A DNA stretch of 64,000 nt from Blastocystis sp. subtype 4 (GCF_000743755.1 NW_014569538.1:1-64000); one strand, 5' to 3'; shown: positions 36,705-48,057, counted from the first letter of the stretch. Made by a program: numbers and translations. The notes: generated from the letters alone by a model not told the origin.

Positions 36705-39700
36705 TTAGAATCCAGAAAGGAGGTCATCCATCTTGTCTGTCTTCTCTGTAACGCGTACTTGAAGAGTGAAAAGACCTTCTTCTGTTGGTAACTCAGTGAA
36801 ATCAACTTGAATCGAATCATGTTGTGAAAGAAGAGGAATCAAACAAGTACGGAATCCTTCTTCAGCCTATTCTATCAAATCATTCATTCACGTTTACAAA
36901 TCTTGTTGCTTTCTCAATCAACAGTCCATCAAGATGTTCATCCTTCACAATACCATCTTCAACAATACTACGCATCCATTCAAATACTCGCTTCTTTTCA
37001 TCTTCCGAATACTGCCATGTTTTGAAGAAGTACTCAACAGGTTTACTATGCATTCCTTGTGTCAATTCACTTCCGTTACACTCTGGGAAGCTCTCTGGTT
37101 CTTCAATTCGCTTACTGAATGCTGATTGTCCTTTTGCTGCTGCTGTCTTCAACATGCTCTGGAATCGACCCACTCCACCCTTCAGCTTATCCTTCTGTTT
37201 GTCACTCAAACCCCAATGCTTCTTTCCTTCCTCTCCAGACTTCTCTTCATCTCGTTTTCGACCGCTCAACTTCCACAGAGACTTCTTACTCTTTCGCTCT
37301 TCTGTTTGAGATTCGAGAATCGACGTGAAATCCATTGGATTCACATCTGTTGCTGCTTCTTGAACTGGATTCTCAGATTCCTGTAGACTACTTGTTGATG
37401 GGAATCCATCCATTCCAGCAAATATGTCTGGTACAGTATCAGCAGCTTTATTCTGAGATTCGTCTAGATCGAACGGATTGGGAGATTGAGGATGGACAGA
37501 AGGTTCTTCTTGATCGAATGGATTGATCGTTGGAATATGTGACTCTGATTCAGGTTCTGGCTTATCCATCGCAGTGAGAGATTCTGTAATGAATGGATTG
37601 GAAGGCTCCTCTTCGGTGAAGGGATTGGAAGGTTCTTCTTGATCAAACGGATTGGGAGATTGATGACGATGAGAATCCTCTTGATCAAATGGATTTGGAG
37701 ACTGCGGACGGAGAGGAAGCTCCTCGAGATCAAATGGATTGGTAGGTTCTTCTTGGTCAAATGGGTTTGGAGACTGGTGACGAGGAGAATCCTCTTGATT
37801 AAATGGATTTGGAGACTGCGGTTGTATAGATTCATTCGCAGCTTCATTATTTCTAGATCCATCAAATGGATTGGTAGGTTCATTATTTTCTTCTTCTTCA
37901 AATGGATTAGGTGAATGAGGTTGTTGAATTGGTTCAGATTCTAACTCACCAAAGGGATTGGAAGATTCTTCTTTCTCCTCATTAAAAGGATTGAATGACT
38001 GAATTGGTACTGAATTATTCTGACTTGATTCCATTTTCTTTTCTGCCTCCAATCGTTGCTGTTCTTCCTCCTCTTCCCTTCTTCGTTCCTCTTCCTCTCT
38101 TCTGTTTCTCTCCTCCTCCTCTCGTTTCTTCCTCTCTTCTTCCTCTTTTCTCTTCCTCTCCTCCTCCTCTCTCCTCCTCTCTTCTTCCTCCTTCCTTCTT
38201 CGCTCCTCTTCTTCTCTTCTCTTCCTTTCCTCTTCTTCTCTTCTCTTCCGCTCTTCCTCCTCCTTTCTCTTTCGCTCTTCCTCTTCTCTTCTCTTTCGCT
38301 CCTCTTCCTCCTTCCTCTTCCTCTCTTCTTCCTCTCTCTTCACAACATCAGGATTACGTCCTTCATATCGTTTCACAGGCTCCTTCTCTCCTTTCTCCAA
38401 TTCAATCTTCACAACCTTGGCACTGTGAATACACTCTGTTTCTTCCTCAACTGCCTGCAATGTTGGATACAGAGGGAAGAACTTCAATGGCAGTTTCTTT
38501 GCAGCCTTAAAGGAAGCATTCACTTTCAAAGCCCGTTCTTCCTCAGCTGCTTTGGCAGCTAATTGTTCCTTCAAGCCAGTAATAGTTGATTCAAGAGTAT
38601 GAATCTGATCCTGATACTCATTCAGTTTCTGGAGAGTATCAGGCTTATCTACGAGCACTTCGACTACTTTTTCAAGAACTTCACCAGCTTGTCCTTCACG
38701 GAAATGATAGTTCTCCATTTGATGTTGGAGAGAGTGATTCTCTTTCTGAACACGAATCATTTCCTTCTTACACTCTTCACTTGTCTTTTCAGCGGTCTTT
38801 ATACGCTCCAGAACATCCTTTAATTGTTTCTCACGCTGTTGAAGAAGGTCTTCCACATCTTTCATCGTCTCCTCCATATTCTTCAATGTTAGTACACGTC
38901 GCTTCAATTTAGTAAGTTCATCATGCTGCGTCTTTTCACTTTCTTTCAATTTCATTATTGTTGCTTCACTCTCAGATCGAAGTGTTATCAGTTCTTGTTC
39001 CTTCTCTTCCTTGGATTGAGTCATAACACTTAACTCTTTCTCCAATGATCCAATCTTTGCTCTCAAATCATCCAGTTGGTTCTCCCTCTCAATTGCTAGA
39101 TTACTGCTATTGGTCACTACATCCACTGTGGCTTCGTATTGACTCTGAACCTCCTGCACTTGTGTGAGAAGCATCTGTTTCTCCAATTTCAATCCTTCCA
39201 ATTCTTCTAATAATGAAGTCATATGTTCACCATTATGAGCCTCTTCCACCTGGGTTACTAACTGTGAGCAGGTTGCAGTCAACTCATCGATTCGTTTCTG
39301 GGCTCGCTGTAATTCATCCACAGAAAAATCTTGAAGTGTCTCCCATTTCCGGCGATACTCCTCCTCACTCTGCTGGGTTCCTTCTAAACGTGTCTGTAAT
39401 TCGTTGACTTGCAATTGGAGACGAGCCACAACGGCCTGTGCATCTTGATCACTTCCTGAAGCCACTTCCTGGAACACAGCTAGAGAGGAAGCCATCTGCT
39501 CGATCTGCTTCGCTAGATCACGGTTCTTCATCTCGCTAGCCTCTTTCGCTGCAACTGTCTCATCTAATACTGTTTTCAATGCATTATGTTCTTTCTTAAG
39601 ATCATCATACTTCTGCTGGTCACTAGCAAAGGACGCTTTCAGTCGCTCAATTTCCTCCTTGTGAGATGATTCTACTTCTTTCGATTCTTCACGCAGAGAA

Positions 39701-40724
39701 TGTAACTCATCTTCCATCTAGACATTAATGACTTGTTCAACACAGACTGATTCTACACGCGCTTGGAGAGTATTCACTACTGTCTCTTTCTCCTCTGCCA
39801 ATCTCAATTCCAATGCTTTCTGTCTCCATTCCATGAATGTATACAGCTGACGAGTTTCATATTGGGCTGATAAGACCTTCTGCAGATACAAGAGTTTGTC
39901 GATTCGAGACTGTGATTGCTGGGATTCCAGAATCTCTCCAGATTTCTTCTCAGATACTTCTAACATGGATTGAAGCTCTGTAAGTTTCTTTTGAAAGGTC
40001 TCTTCCTGTTCTTGTAGGACCTGTTTCTTAGATGCAGACAAAGTCTCCTCAAGAGCCTGTTGTTTACAGAGAGAGAGCCATTGCATCAGAATTTGGATCT
40101 CTTTTCGTCGATGAATCTCACCATACACATAAGACACAGTTTGAACCGCTTGAATCTTCTTTTGGGAGATCCATTTATCGCGGTCCTCCTTTGCCTTGGA
40201 TTCCTTTCATATTATGCAATCCTTGATTCGTACTTGAGCCAAACCAATCACACGCAACCCCTCTTCTAACGAAACTACCTTTTCCTTGAGTGCCGAATAA
40301 TCGCTTGACTTCATATCGCGAATCCAATCTTGAGCTACTTCTTCTCTACACTCAATCCACTCGTCCACACAAACATAGGGAGCGAAAAACAGAAAATACG
40401 TCCTGTGAATGATTTGAGTTGAATGACGTTCTGTTTCCCCTCAAATTCAGTTGCATACATGATCATGCACTTATCCAAGCCAATCGACAGTTGAGGACTC
40501 TTTGCCTAGAAAGTGAAATCCGCTTCTTTATCCAACAGTATCGTTCTTGTAGACATGGAGGATGTTATCTTTAAGCACCAATATACCTTCTCTCCATTTC
40601 TTAATGTCTTCTCCTTTGATTTCGCACGGGGCTCGTCTACTTCTCACAGGTTCTCCTCCAACTTGTACCTCTGAACTCCTTCAATTGTTTCCAAGGATTG
40701 AGCCAATTCGGGTTCTCCTGGCAT
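36705..40724 (-). CDS. Large coiled-coil protein with an ER/K single-alpha-helix, 13 NPF motifs and an unnamed C-terminal domain
   Basis: 945-aa exon with heptad coiled coil, (K/R)REEEE repeats and SPNPFDQEE repeats; ends KMDDLLSGF*. Confidence 0.8.
37465..37995 (-). repeat. Coding tandem repeats encoding NPF-acidic motifs
   Basis: Recurrent + strand tcttgatcaaatggatttggagactg-like units. Confidence 0.85.
38030..38340 (-). repeat. Low-complexity purine-rich repeat encoding an E/R/K single alpha-helix
   Basis: EEEERKRKEEEERKRR tandem units. Confidence 0.9.
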
Positions 40725-40875
40725 TGCAAACTCAGTGATATAAGTGTTTAGATGATATGGATCCGTTCAGTAATCATGAATAATCAATGTGCCCACACAA
40801 AAGAGAACTATCCTCACACTCGATTATTAACAAACATAATAGAAAAGAAAACTATTCAAAATGATACTGATCTAC

Positions 40876-40966
40876 ACATGTATGAGTACATAAGCAATTA
40901 TGGTGTATAAAGCACACAATAATCAACTCTAAGGTACACTGGTATTTTACACGACTTTTACCCCGA
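40876..40966 (-). ncRNA. Candidate box H/ACA snoRNA
   Basis: Two hairpins (ggggta/tacctt; gagt/actc with attgtg/cataat upper stem); ACA 15 nt from the pocket; no canonical ANANNA H box. Confidence 0.35.
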
Positions 40967-40982
40967 CAATATCTAGGTTGGC

Positions 40983-41088
40983 ATATGTCAGGTCTAGCGC
41001 GTGTATAATACTCCAAACTCCGAACAAAGTCGACATCACTTTCAGTCAGCCGAAAGATGGTATTATTAGAATCGTCATCGTCAAATCA
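40983..41088 (-). ncRNA. Box C/D snoRNA, U51/U32/snR39-snR59-like, with a second LSU guide
   Basis: C ACGATGA; D' guide ACCATCTTTCGG-CTGA antisense to LSU CCGAAAGATGGT; C' GTGATGT; D guide CACGCGCTAGAC-CTGA. Confidence 0.8.
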
Positions 41089-41093
41089 CAAAC

Positions 41094-41181
41094 CAAATCA
41101 GTGTAACTATGACTATTCCCACACAAACGCACTATCAACAACTGACGTTACGAATTCGGGAAGATAGTTATCATCACATTT
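41094..41181 (-). ncRNA. Box C/D snoRNA, U46 (SNORD46)/snR63-like
   Basis: Box C GTGATGA (41177-41171); guide AGTCATAGTTAC-A-CTGA antisense to LSU helix 69 GTAACTATGACT. Confidence 0.88.
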
Positions 41182-41364
41182 TCATTCTGAACAATCCATT
41201 TCCAGCACCACCTACCTCTTGGGAAAAAAACTATGTCCAAACCATTCATTACACAAGTACAGTGGGTCCTATAATTATCAATGAACCCAACACTCTTCTG
41301 CTTGCATAAATCGATACGTCTGAAAACACTTTGACGTTCTCGATCGTATAAACAGACAGTCATT

Positions 41365-43477
41365 ATGGTGTCTCAGCCAATCTTCTGTGCCATTCTCCTG
41401 CTTTCTCTTACTTATGCCTCCAGTTTGTTTCAGAGTAATGAATATGCTGAACATGATGAAGTATATCTCTCATGATTGTGTAGTGATTTCTAGGTTCTTG
41501 TATATGTGAACTCGATTACCTCCTCCAAGACACAGATTGTACTGGATTATTATTCCCTTCCAGTTTGCAAACCCGATAAAGTCTTCCAACTGAAACAAAA
41601 TATCGGAAATGTTCTTAGTGGAGAAGAATACTCAAATACAAAATATTCATTCCGAATGATGGAGAATCAGCCTCAGCCACAACTTCTCTGTAAAGTGAAG
41701 TTGACGGAGGATGATGTTTCGCTTCTTAAGACTCGAATTGAAGAAGAGTATAATGTTCAATGGTTGTATCTCTTTTCCATATTAATTCTAGGATCGTTGA
41801 TGATCTTCCAGCGGCCAGTGTAGTGTCAGTGAATGACGATGGTTCGGATTATTGGTTTGAAGATACCCATCCAATCGGATACATCGATGGAACCTCTCAT
41901 ATCTATTATAATCATGTTCGGATGATGGGTGGTCATGATGTGTAGCTTGCTTTTACCATTTCCTATCATAAGAGTAGCAATGGGAAGAGCCGAATTGTTG
42001 GAGTTCGTGTAATTCCAGCAAGTATCGATTACGTAGAAACCGATGGGAAGTTGATGGCTCGAAACAAGTTAGGTCATATGGTAAGGATTGGTTTCATTCT
42101 GTTAGTGTTAGTCAGTAGATGGTCCTACTGAAGTTCTCTATACCTATTCAGTGAAGTTCGAAGAGAGTGACATTGATTATGGTTCACGTTGGGATCTGTA
42201 TCTATATGGTAATACACGGAAGAATGTACATTGGTTCTCTCTTACAAACTCACTGTTTATGGTTCTCTTCCTTTCTGTTCAGATTCTGTAGGGTGATTAT
42301 AGAATAGACTGTGGTTGGAATTATCATTCTGCGAACTCTTTCACGTGATATTAGTCGTTATAATTCCATTGTTGGTGTAAGATGAGTCTCTGAGTTATAG
42401 ACTGAAGATGAACGTGTGGAGACAGTTGAGGATAGTGGATGGAAGTTGATTCATGGCGATGTGTTCCGACCTCCTCGTGATTCCGATCTCTTTGCTACTG
42501 TTGTTGGAACTGGTGTTCAAGTCTTTTGGACGCTAATCACTGTGATTGTTCTTGCTGCTGCTGGTATTCTCTCTCCTGCTTATCGTGGTAGTATCCTAAC
42601 TTCGGCAGTGATTCTCTTCGTCCTCATGGGATTCCTGGCCGGCTTTTCATCAGCTCGTTTGTAGTCTTCCTTTTGTCTCTTCATATGTAGGAACCAGTAC
42701 TTCGGAGGTAAGAATCGTCAACACATCATTGTCTTGGTCAGTGTCCTTCTCCCAGGATTCCTCACCTCGTTGATCTTCTGTATGAATATGATGTGGTATC
42801 TCATCGGTTCGCCTCAGTTTATTCATATTAGTAAGAGATAGCTCATAAGTTCAGTTCTAGCTTCTGTTCTCAAACTCTTAGCGCTCTGGCTGTGTGTCTC
42901 AATTCCTCTTGTCTATCTGGGATCCTTCATTGCTTATAAACTACCGAAGTATCATATGCCTGTGCGTACAAATCATATTGAAAGACAGATTCCTCCTCAG
43001 CCGTGGTATCTCCATCCTGCCATCACATGTATTGTCGGAGGATGTGTTCCATTCGGAACAATCTTCTTAGAAATCTACTTTGTAATGTCTTCTGTACTTC
43101 TACACCAGACTTACGCTGTGTTCGGATTCTTGTTGGCAATCTTCCTTTTAACTGTAATTACCACAGCTGAAATATCGATCGTGATCTGTTATTTCCAACT
43201 TGCTAGTGAGGACTATCGATGGTGGTGGTCATCCTTCATCAATACGGGATGTACAGCTATCTTCGTTTTTATCTTTGCCATATATTATATGTTTAGTATA
43301 GGTATTACGAAGTTGGTTTCTGGTAGGAGCAATTCTGATGATTGAGGTGTAGTGATTCTGTACCTTTGTCTAATGATAATGGCTAGTGGAGCAGTGTTTT
43401 TGGCATGCGGAACTATAGGATTCTATTCGTGTCTGTGGTTTACAAAGAAGATATATGGTTCCCTCAAAGTAGATTAA
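41365..43477 (+). CDS. Transmembrane 9 superfamily (EMP70) protein
   Basis: DYYSLPVC; VHWFSLTNS; DSGWKLIHGDVFRPP; PVRTNHIERQIP; EDYRWWW; IYGSLKVD*. Confidence 0.96.
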
Positions 43478-43606
43478 AGACTGTTTGTTTTTACACTTTA
43501 TGGAGCAGAATTGTTTTCTCACTATTTCCTTGTCTATCGTTAAGGAGCGCCACAAGCAATGTTTGGTTCATTTCTGTTGTATTCATAATATAGGGGATTC
43601 GCTATC

Positions 43607-44070
43607 ATGCACAAAACGCTAGCTTTTGTTTCTGGAGCTGCGGTTGCTTTTGTCGGCTATCTAGCTCTTTCTGATCAACTTGTCTTTCGGGTTTACTCGT
43701 TTCTGTTCTTTTTTATCGTAGAACAACCGTATTCACAATGAGATCCTGTATATGATCCAGAATCCAATGTATTCACAATCCGTTTGGATATAGAAAGGGA
43801 TTTTATTGTAGGAGGAAGAGTTACCAGTCTCCAAAGACTATACGGAAATAACTCGGCAAACAATTCACACATATTGGAACGTAAGATATGAAGTTGAATA
43901 ACAAATAGCGCTCTATTTTGTCTATCTATCGAGTACTCAGTCGCTTTTTCCATTTGGATAAGCCTTTTGATGAGAAGGTCGGTAATGCAGTAGAAAGCTA
44001 TAGAGAAAAACTAGAGGAAAAGAAAGAGAAAGAAGAGGATATTAAGACTAAAGAGGAAGAAAAGGTATAA
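43607..44070 (+). CDS. Small membrane protein, possibly MICOS Mic12/Mic13(QIL1)-like
   Basis: MHKTLAFVSGAAVAFVGYLAL TM; later RQTIHTYWNRSI (WN motif); three introns; missed by the ORF track. Confidence 0.5.
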
Positions 44071-44120
44071 TTAGTTTATTTATGTTCTTTGTTTCTTGGA
44101 GAGAATGATCAGATTCCGTC

Positions 44121-45581
44121 ATGCAGGCACCGGTTCTTGTGCTAGATAATGGAGGGAGTACAATCAAGGCGGGATTATCAACTGGAAAAGCTCCTTCGAT
44201 GTAATGACTGTATCTGTGTTGTAAATCATAAGAGAGATGCCAAACACAACAGCAAGAATTAGGAAATCCCTACATGAATTAATTGGGGAAGAAACTGTGA
44301 CTGCTGTATCAGATCATTCACAACTCTTATATCATCGACCGATTGAAAAGTAAATATTGTTTGTGACAAATCAGACATAGAGGTTATCTTGTTAATTGGG
44401 ATTTAGAGGCAAAGATCTGGAGTCGGTTATTTAACAGTGAACATCTTGGAATTGTATTTCTAGTGACTTGAAATGAGGGATAGGATCCTCAGGAGTATTG
44501 CCTATTCATGTCTCAACCTCTGTTCAATATGGACAATTTAATGAGTATTTCATTACAGGTGATCTTTGAATATTTTCGTTTTGACTCATTTTTGTCTTCT
44601 CCTGCTCCCTTGTGGTCATTCACTCATCACTTGAATAGTCTTCCAGATACAGATTTGTCCAAACAAACAAAGACTGGTTTGGTTATAGAGAGTGGCTTTT
44701 CATTTACACATGTTGATTCATTGTCTGTGATTAAGGATAGATCGTCCCTATAGTGGATGGTAAGATTGAACTGAATGCTACTCAGAGAGTCAATGTTGGA
44801 GGCAAGTTATTAACGAATCTATTGAAGGAATTCATTTCATTTCGTCAGGTGAATGTCCAGGACTGTACACATCTCATGAATCATCTTAAAGAAGAATATA
44901 CATATCTATCTCCTGATATTTTCAAAGGCAGTTGTTCATATCCCTGATGATCAGTAGATTTGGAGTTTTGTCGAACCCATCCAAATACCAAACGAATTGC
45001 TTTTGTTCTTCCAGATTTTGTGACCTCTTCTACTGGTTATGAACTAGTTCGTCTCAGGAGATAGTTTAACTATAGAAAGCAGGGCAACGAGTGGATCCCA
45101 GTCAACAAGTGATTACTATTAGTAATGAACGTTTCATGGTCCCAGAAGCCTTATTTCATCCCTCTGATATTGGTATTCGGCAAGCAGGAATTGCAGAGAC
45201 AACAGGTCGGTGTCTGCAAAGTTTTGCTCCAGGGTTGCGTACCTTGCTAAGAAATAATATTGTCCTTACAGGAGGCAATACAAAGATTCGAGGATTTTCA
45301 GATCGTTTTTCATATCCTATCAAATTGATCATGAAATGATCTCCTTAATGACTACGCAAGATGTGACTCCATATATGGATGAAGGCAAACCATATCATAT
45401 TTATCAAACAGATGAGTGAGTACATGGTTATTATCACTGATATGTAGTCCGATTCATGCTACATGGTTGGGAGGAGCCTTCCTTGCACAACAACCAGGAT
45501 TTGAACAAGAAGTTGTAACACGTACAGTATATGAAGAGAATGGACCTGAGCGATTATTACCATATGCTTTTCAATCCTATT
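44121..45581 (+). CDS. ARP6: Actin-related protein 6
   Basis: VLDNGGSTIKAG; RGYLVNWDLE; VNVGGKLLTNLLKEFISFRQ; FVLPDF; NERFMVPEALFHPSDIG; U12 intron 45312-45355; stop probably created at T45581. Confidence 0.92.
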
Positions 45582-45633
45582 TATCTGTTTGTTAAGAGTA
45601 GAATCAACTCATTATCACAAACACATCATACAA

Positions 45634-47567
45634 TTACAATCCACCCAAAACCTTCAATCCCTTTGCAGCATAATACCTCACATCCCGATCTTCATCCTTC
45701 AACAATTCATTCATCTTCGTTGCAACCATATTCTTTACATTTTCTGGAAGAAGAGGAGCCAAATCTGTAATAATTCGGCAACTAATGAAACGAAGATTAG
45801 GTACTCTATTCTATACATCATTCCTTGTTCTATCATCCACATTCATTTCCGTCACAATGGTATTGATCATCTCCTGACAACGATGATCCTGAGGAATGGT
45901 ACGAATCACAGCTTGGTACGTATATAGTGTATTGAACTGCAATAGATAGTTTGTTGTCTCTTTGTACTGCTTCTCCAGTTTCGTAATTATCTGTTTATCA
46001 TATCACTTCATCTACACTCACATTCTCAAAAGCAAAGTCAGCTCCCAGAGAAGTAATTACATTGCACAACGACATACGACAGGTCTCACGTACTTTACTG
46101 ACACTATCCACGAACAGATGGAGATACTATGATTGACTCAAACTTCCTCTCACTCACAATCTCAATCAACTTGTCTTGCTGAGGAGAACCTTGGGTTGAA
46201 CTCAACAGATAAGCCATATGCTTGGCAACTTCTTCACGAACACGCCAATCAGGACCGTCCAATCCCTCGTCCAACACCACACGTCGTACCAAAGTCTCAT
46301 TTAATGTCACTTCATTCAAACGACGGAGTAAGAGGAGTCGCACTTGAGGTGTTGGGGATGTGAGCAACAGATCAAACAAAGTTGCAACCTTATCAGGGAA
46401 GAGCTTTGATAGATCAATCACAACTCCTGTGATTTGTTCACTACACTTCATTATCATATCATGACAATACGTGATCACAGGACTATTATCAGTAGCCAAT
46501 GTTGGCAAAAATGGGAACAATTTCTGCAAGAAGATCTCTTGTGGAATTACTTTGCTGAGTTCAGTTAGTTGCTTAATGGCATTCTTTCGTACTTCAGCAT
46601 TGTTATCCTTCAAAAGACTCATGTACGTTTCAAGCAATTGGCTTATGAAGATTTCACCTCCCAATACACTAGCCACACCACCAACTTCTAAAGCAGCCAT
46701 CTCACGAATCTTATAAGAACGAGACTCCATTGAATTTTGGAAGAGAGTTAAGACCTTCGTACGATCCACTTCTTCTTTGACACGGACTAGTAGTTCCTTC
46801 GTGAAGTTCATGAGAGTCAGTTTGATTGCTTCCTACAATGAGAATCCACACTCAACAGTACATCATCGCTTGTCATAAACTCCTCATACTGAGCTACAAA
46901 GAGTCCCACATGCTCCTCTTCACACACTGCAAACACTGCAAAAATGTTCTTAGCAGCGGCACGACGGACCATTGGAGTATCATCCTTACAAAGAGCAAAA
47001 TAACAATCACGGAGGGCTTTGAGTGACTCAGAAACATCCTGAACACCGACTAGACTAACGATTTTACCATAAACTTTAGAAATAAGAGAGGCAGAAGAGA
47101 CACGAGGAGTGAACCATTCATCATGGAAGAGATCTTCGATAACGGGAATCAACTCCTCACAAACGACTGAAGGAGACATGTTCTCAACTATCTTGTTTAT
47201 ACTCTCGACTGCCTAGGACTTAGGAAGAGTCAACAACCCTACGGCATCTCGTACAACCACTTCCTCAGTAGTGGCCAAATGCTTTAGAATTGGAAGAACG
47301 TACTTCATCTCATCAGGAGTGAAGAGCTCATTGAGTGTGTAGATTTCTTTAGCCAATGCAGTGAGTGCCTCGTCATCGTTATCAGGGCACCAATCTATCG
47401 ACTCATTAAGGACAAACAACAATACCATTCAGAAAGGGAATAAGGGAAGAAATTGTTTCAGCCTTTCCCATTTCCTTTGCAACTGACAGAACGAGCTTCA
47501 CATACTTCAACTTCTCTTCAATCTCGTCGGAGCTCATTCCCTCTTGAAACTGTTGAAATGTTATCAT
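45634..47567 (-). CDS. PP2A scaffold subunit A (HEAT repeats)
   Basis: DEWFTPRVSS; LCKDDTPMVRRAAA; DWRVR; DRDVRYYA C-terminus. Confidence 0.88.
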
Positions 47568-47765
47568 TATTAACTTTGTTTTGAGCTCTTTAAATAATTA
47601 ATAAGAATGGAATGCCTACTATTCTTTTATCTATGTAGATCGTCTAATAATCCAAAAAGGGCTCCCATAATTCTTCCCTTCCCCAACCCAATAAGGGGTC
47701 CCCAAATAGGGTTCCCAAAATCTTGCCCTGCCCCAAACCCAATTTGGTTTCAAAAAGAGTGAAGA

Positions 47766-48026
47766 ATGTCCTTTATCAAGAAGTTATTTACCCCTTCGGA
47801 TGATTACAACTATAAGATCATTTTCATCTCATATCTTGTTCTCACTCTTGCTTGTGTGGGGTTATATGTCGGTGCTCTCTTTTGGAAAGACATTAAAGGT
47901 TTCTGGATTGTGGTAATATTAGTTTTGGGATTAATTTATCTATAGCTCTCTCCGTACTTGATTGGTCTTCCTTATTATGGATACATGTGGAAGGTACAGA
48001 GTAGTATAAAAGAGAAGACAGATTAA
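47766..48026 (+). CDS. Small two-TM protein with a C-terminal KxKxx ER-retrieval signal
   Basis: Spliced MSFIKKLFTP...IIFISYLVLTLACVGLYVGALFW...IKEKTD*. Confidence 0.6.
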
Positions 48027-48057
48027 AATGATTGTATCTTTGTGAAGAACAAACATA

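Noticed and set aside
37464..38562. Repeat array as CRISPR-like element, and the long hydrophobic antisense ORFs over it
   Set aside because: Eukaryotic coding repeats (NPF and ER/K); the antisense ORFs are shadows of low-complexity codons
44928..44957. GC-AG intron in ARP6
   Set aside because: A GT donor 3 nt downstream (44931) is equally in frame, so it cannot be decided from sequence
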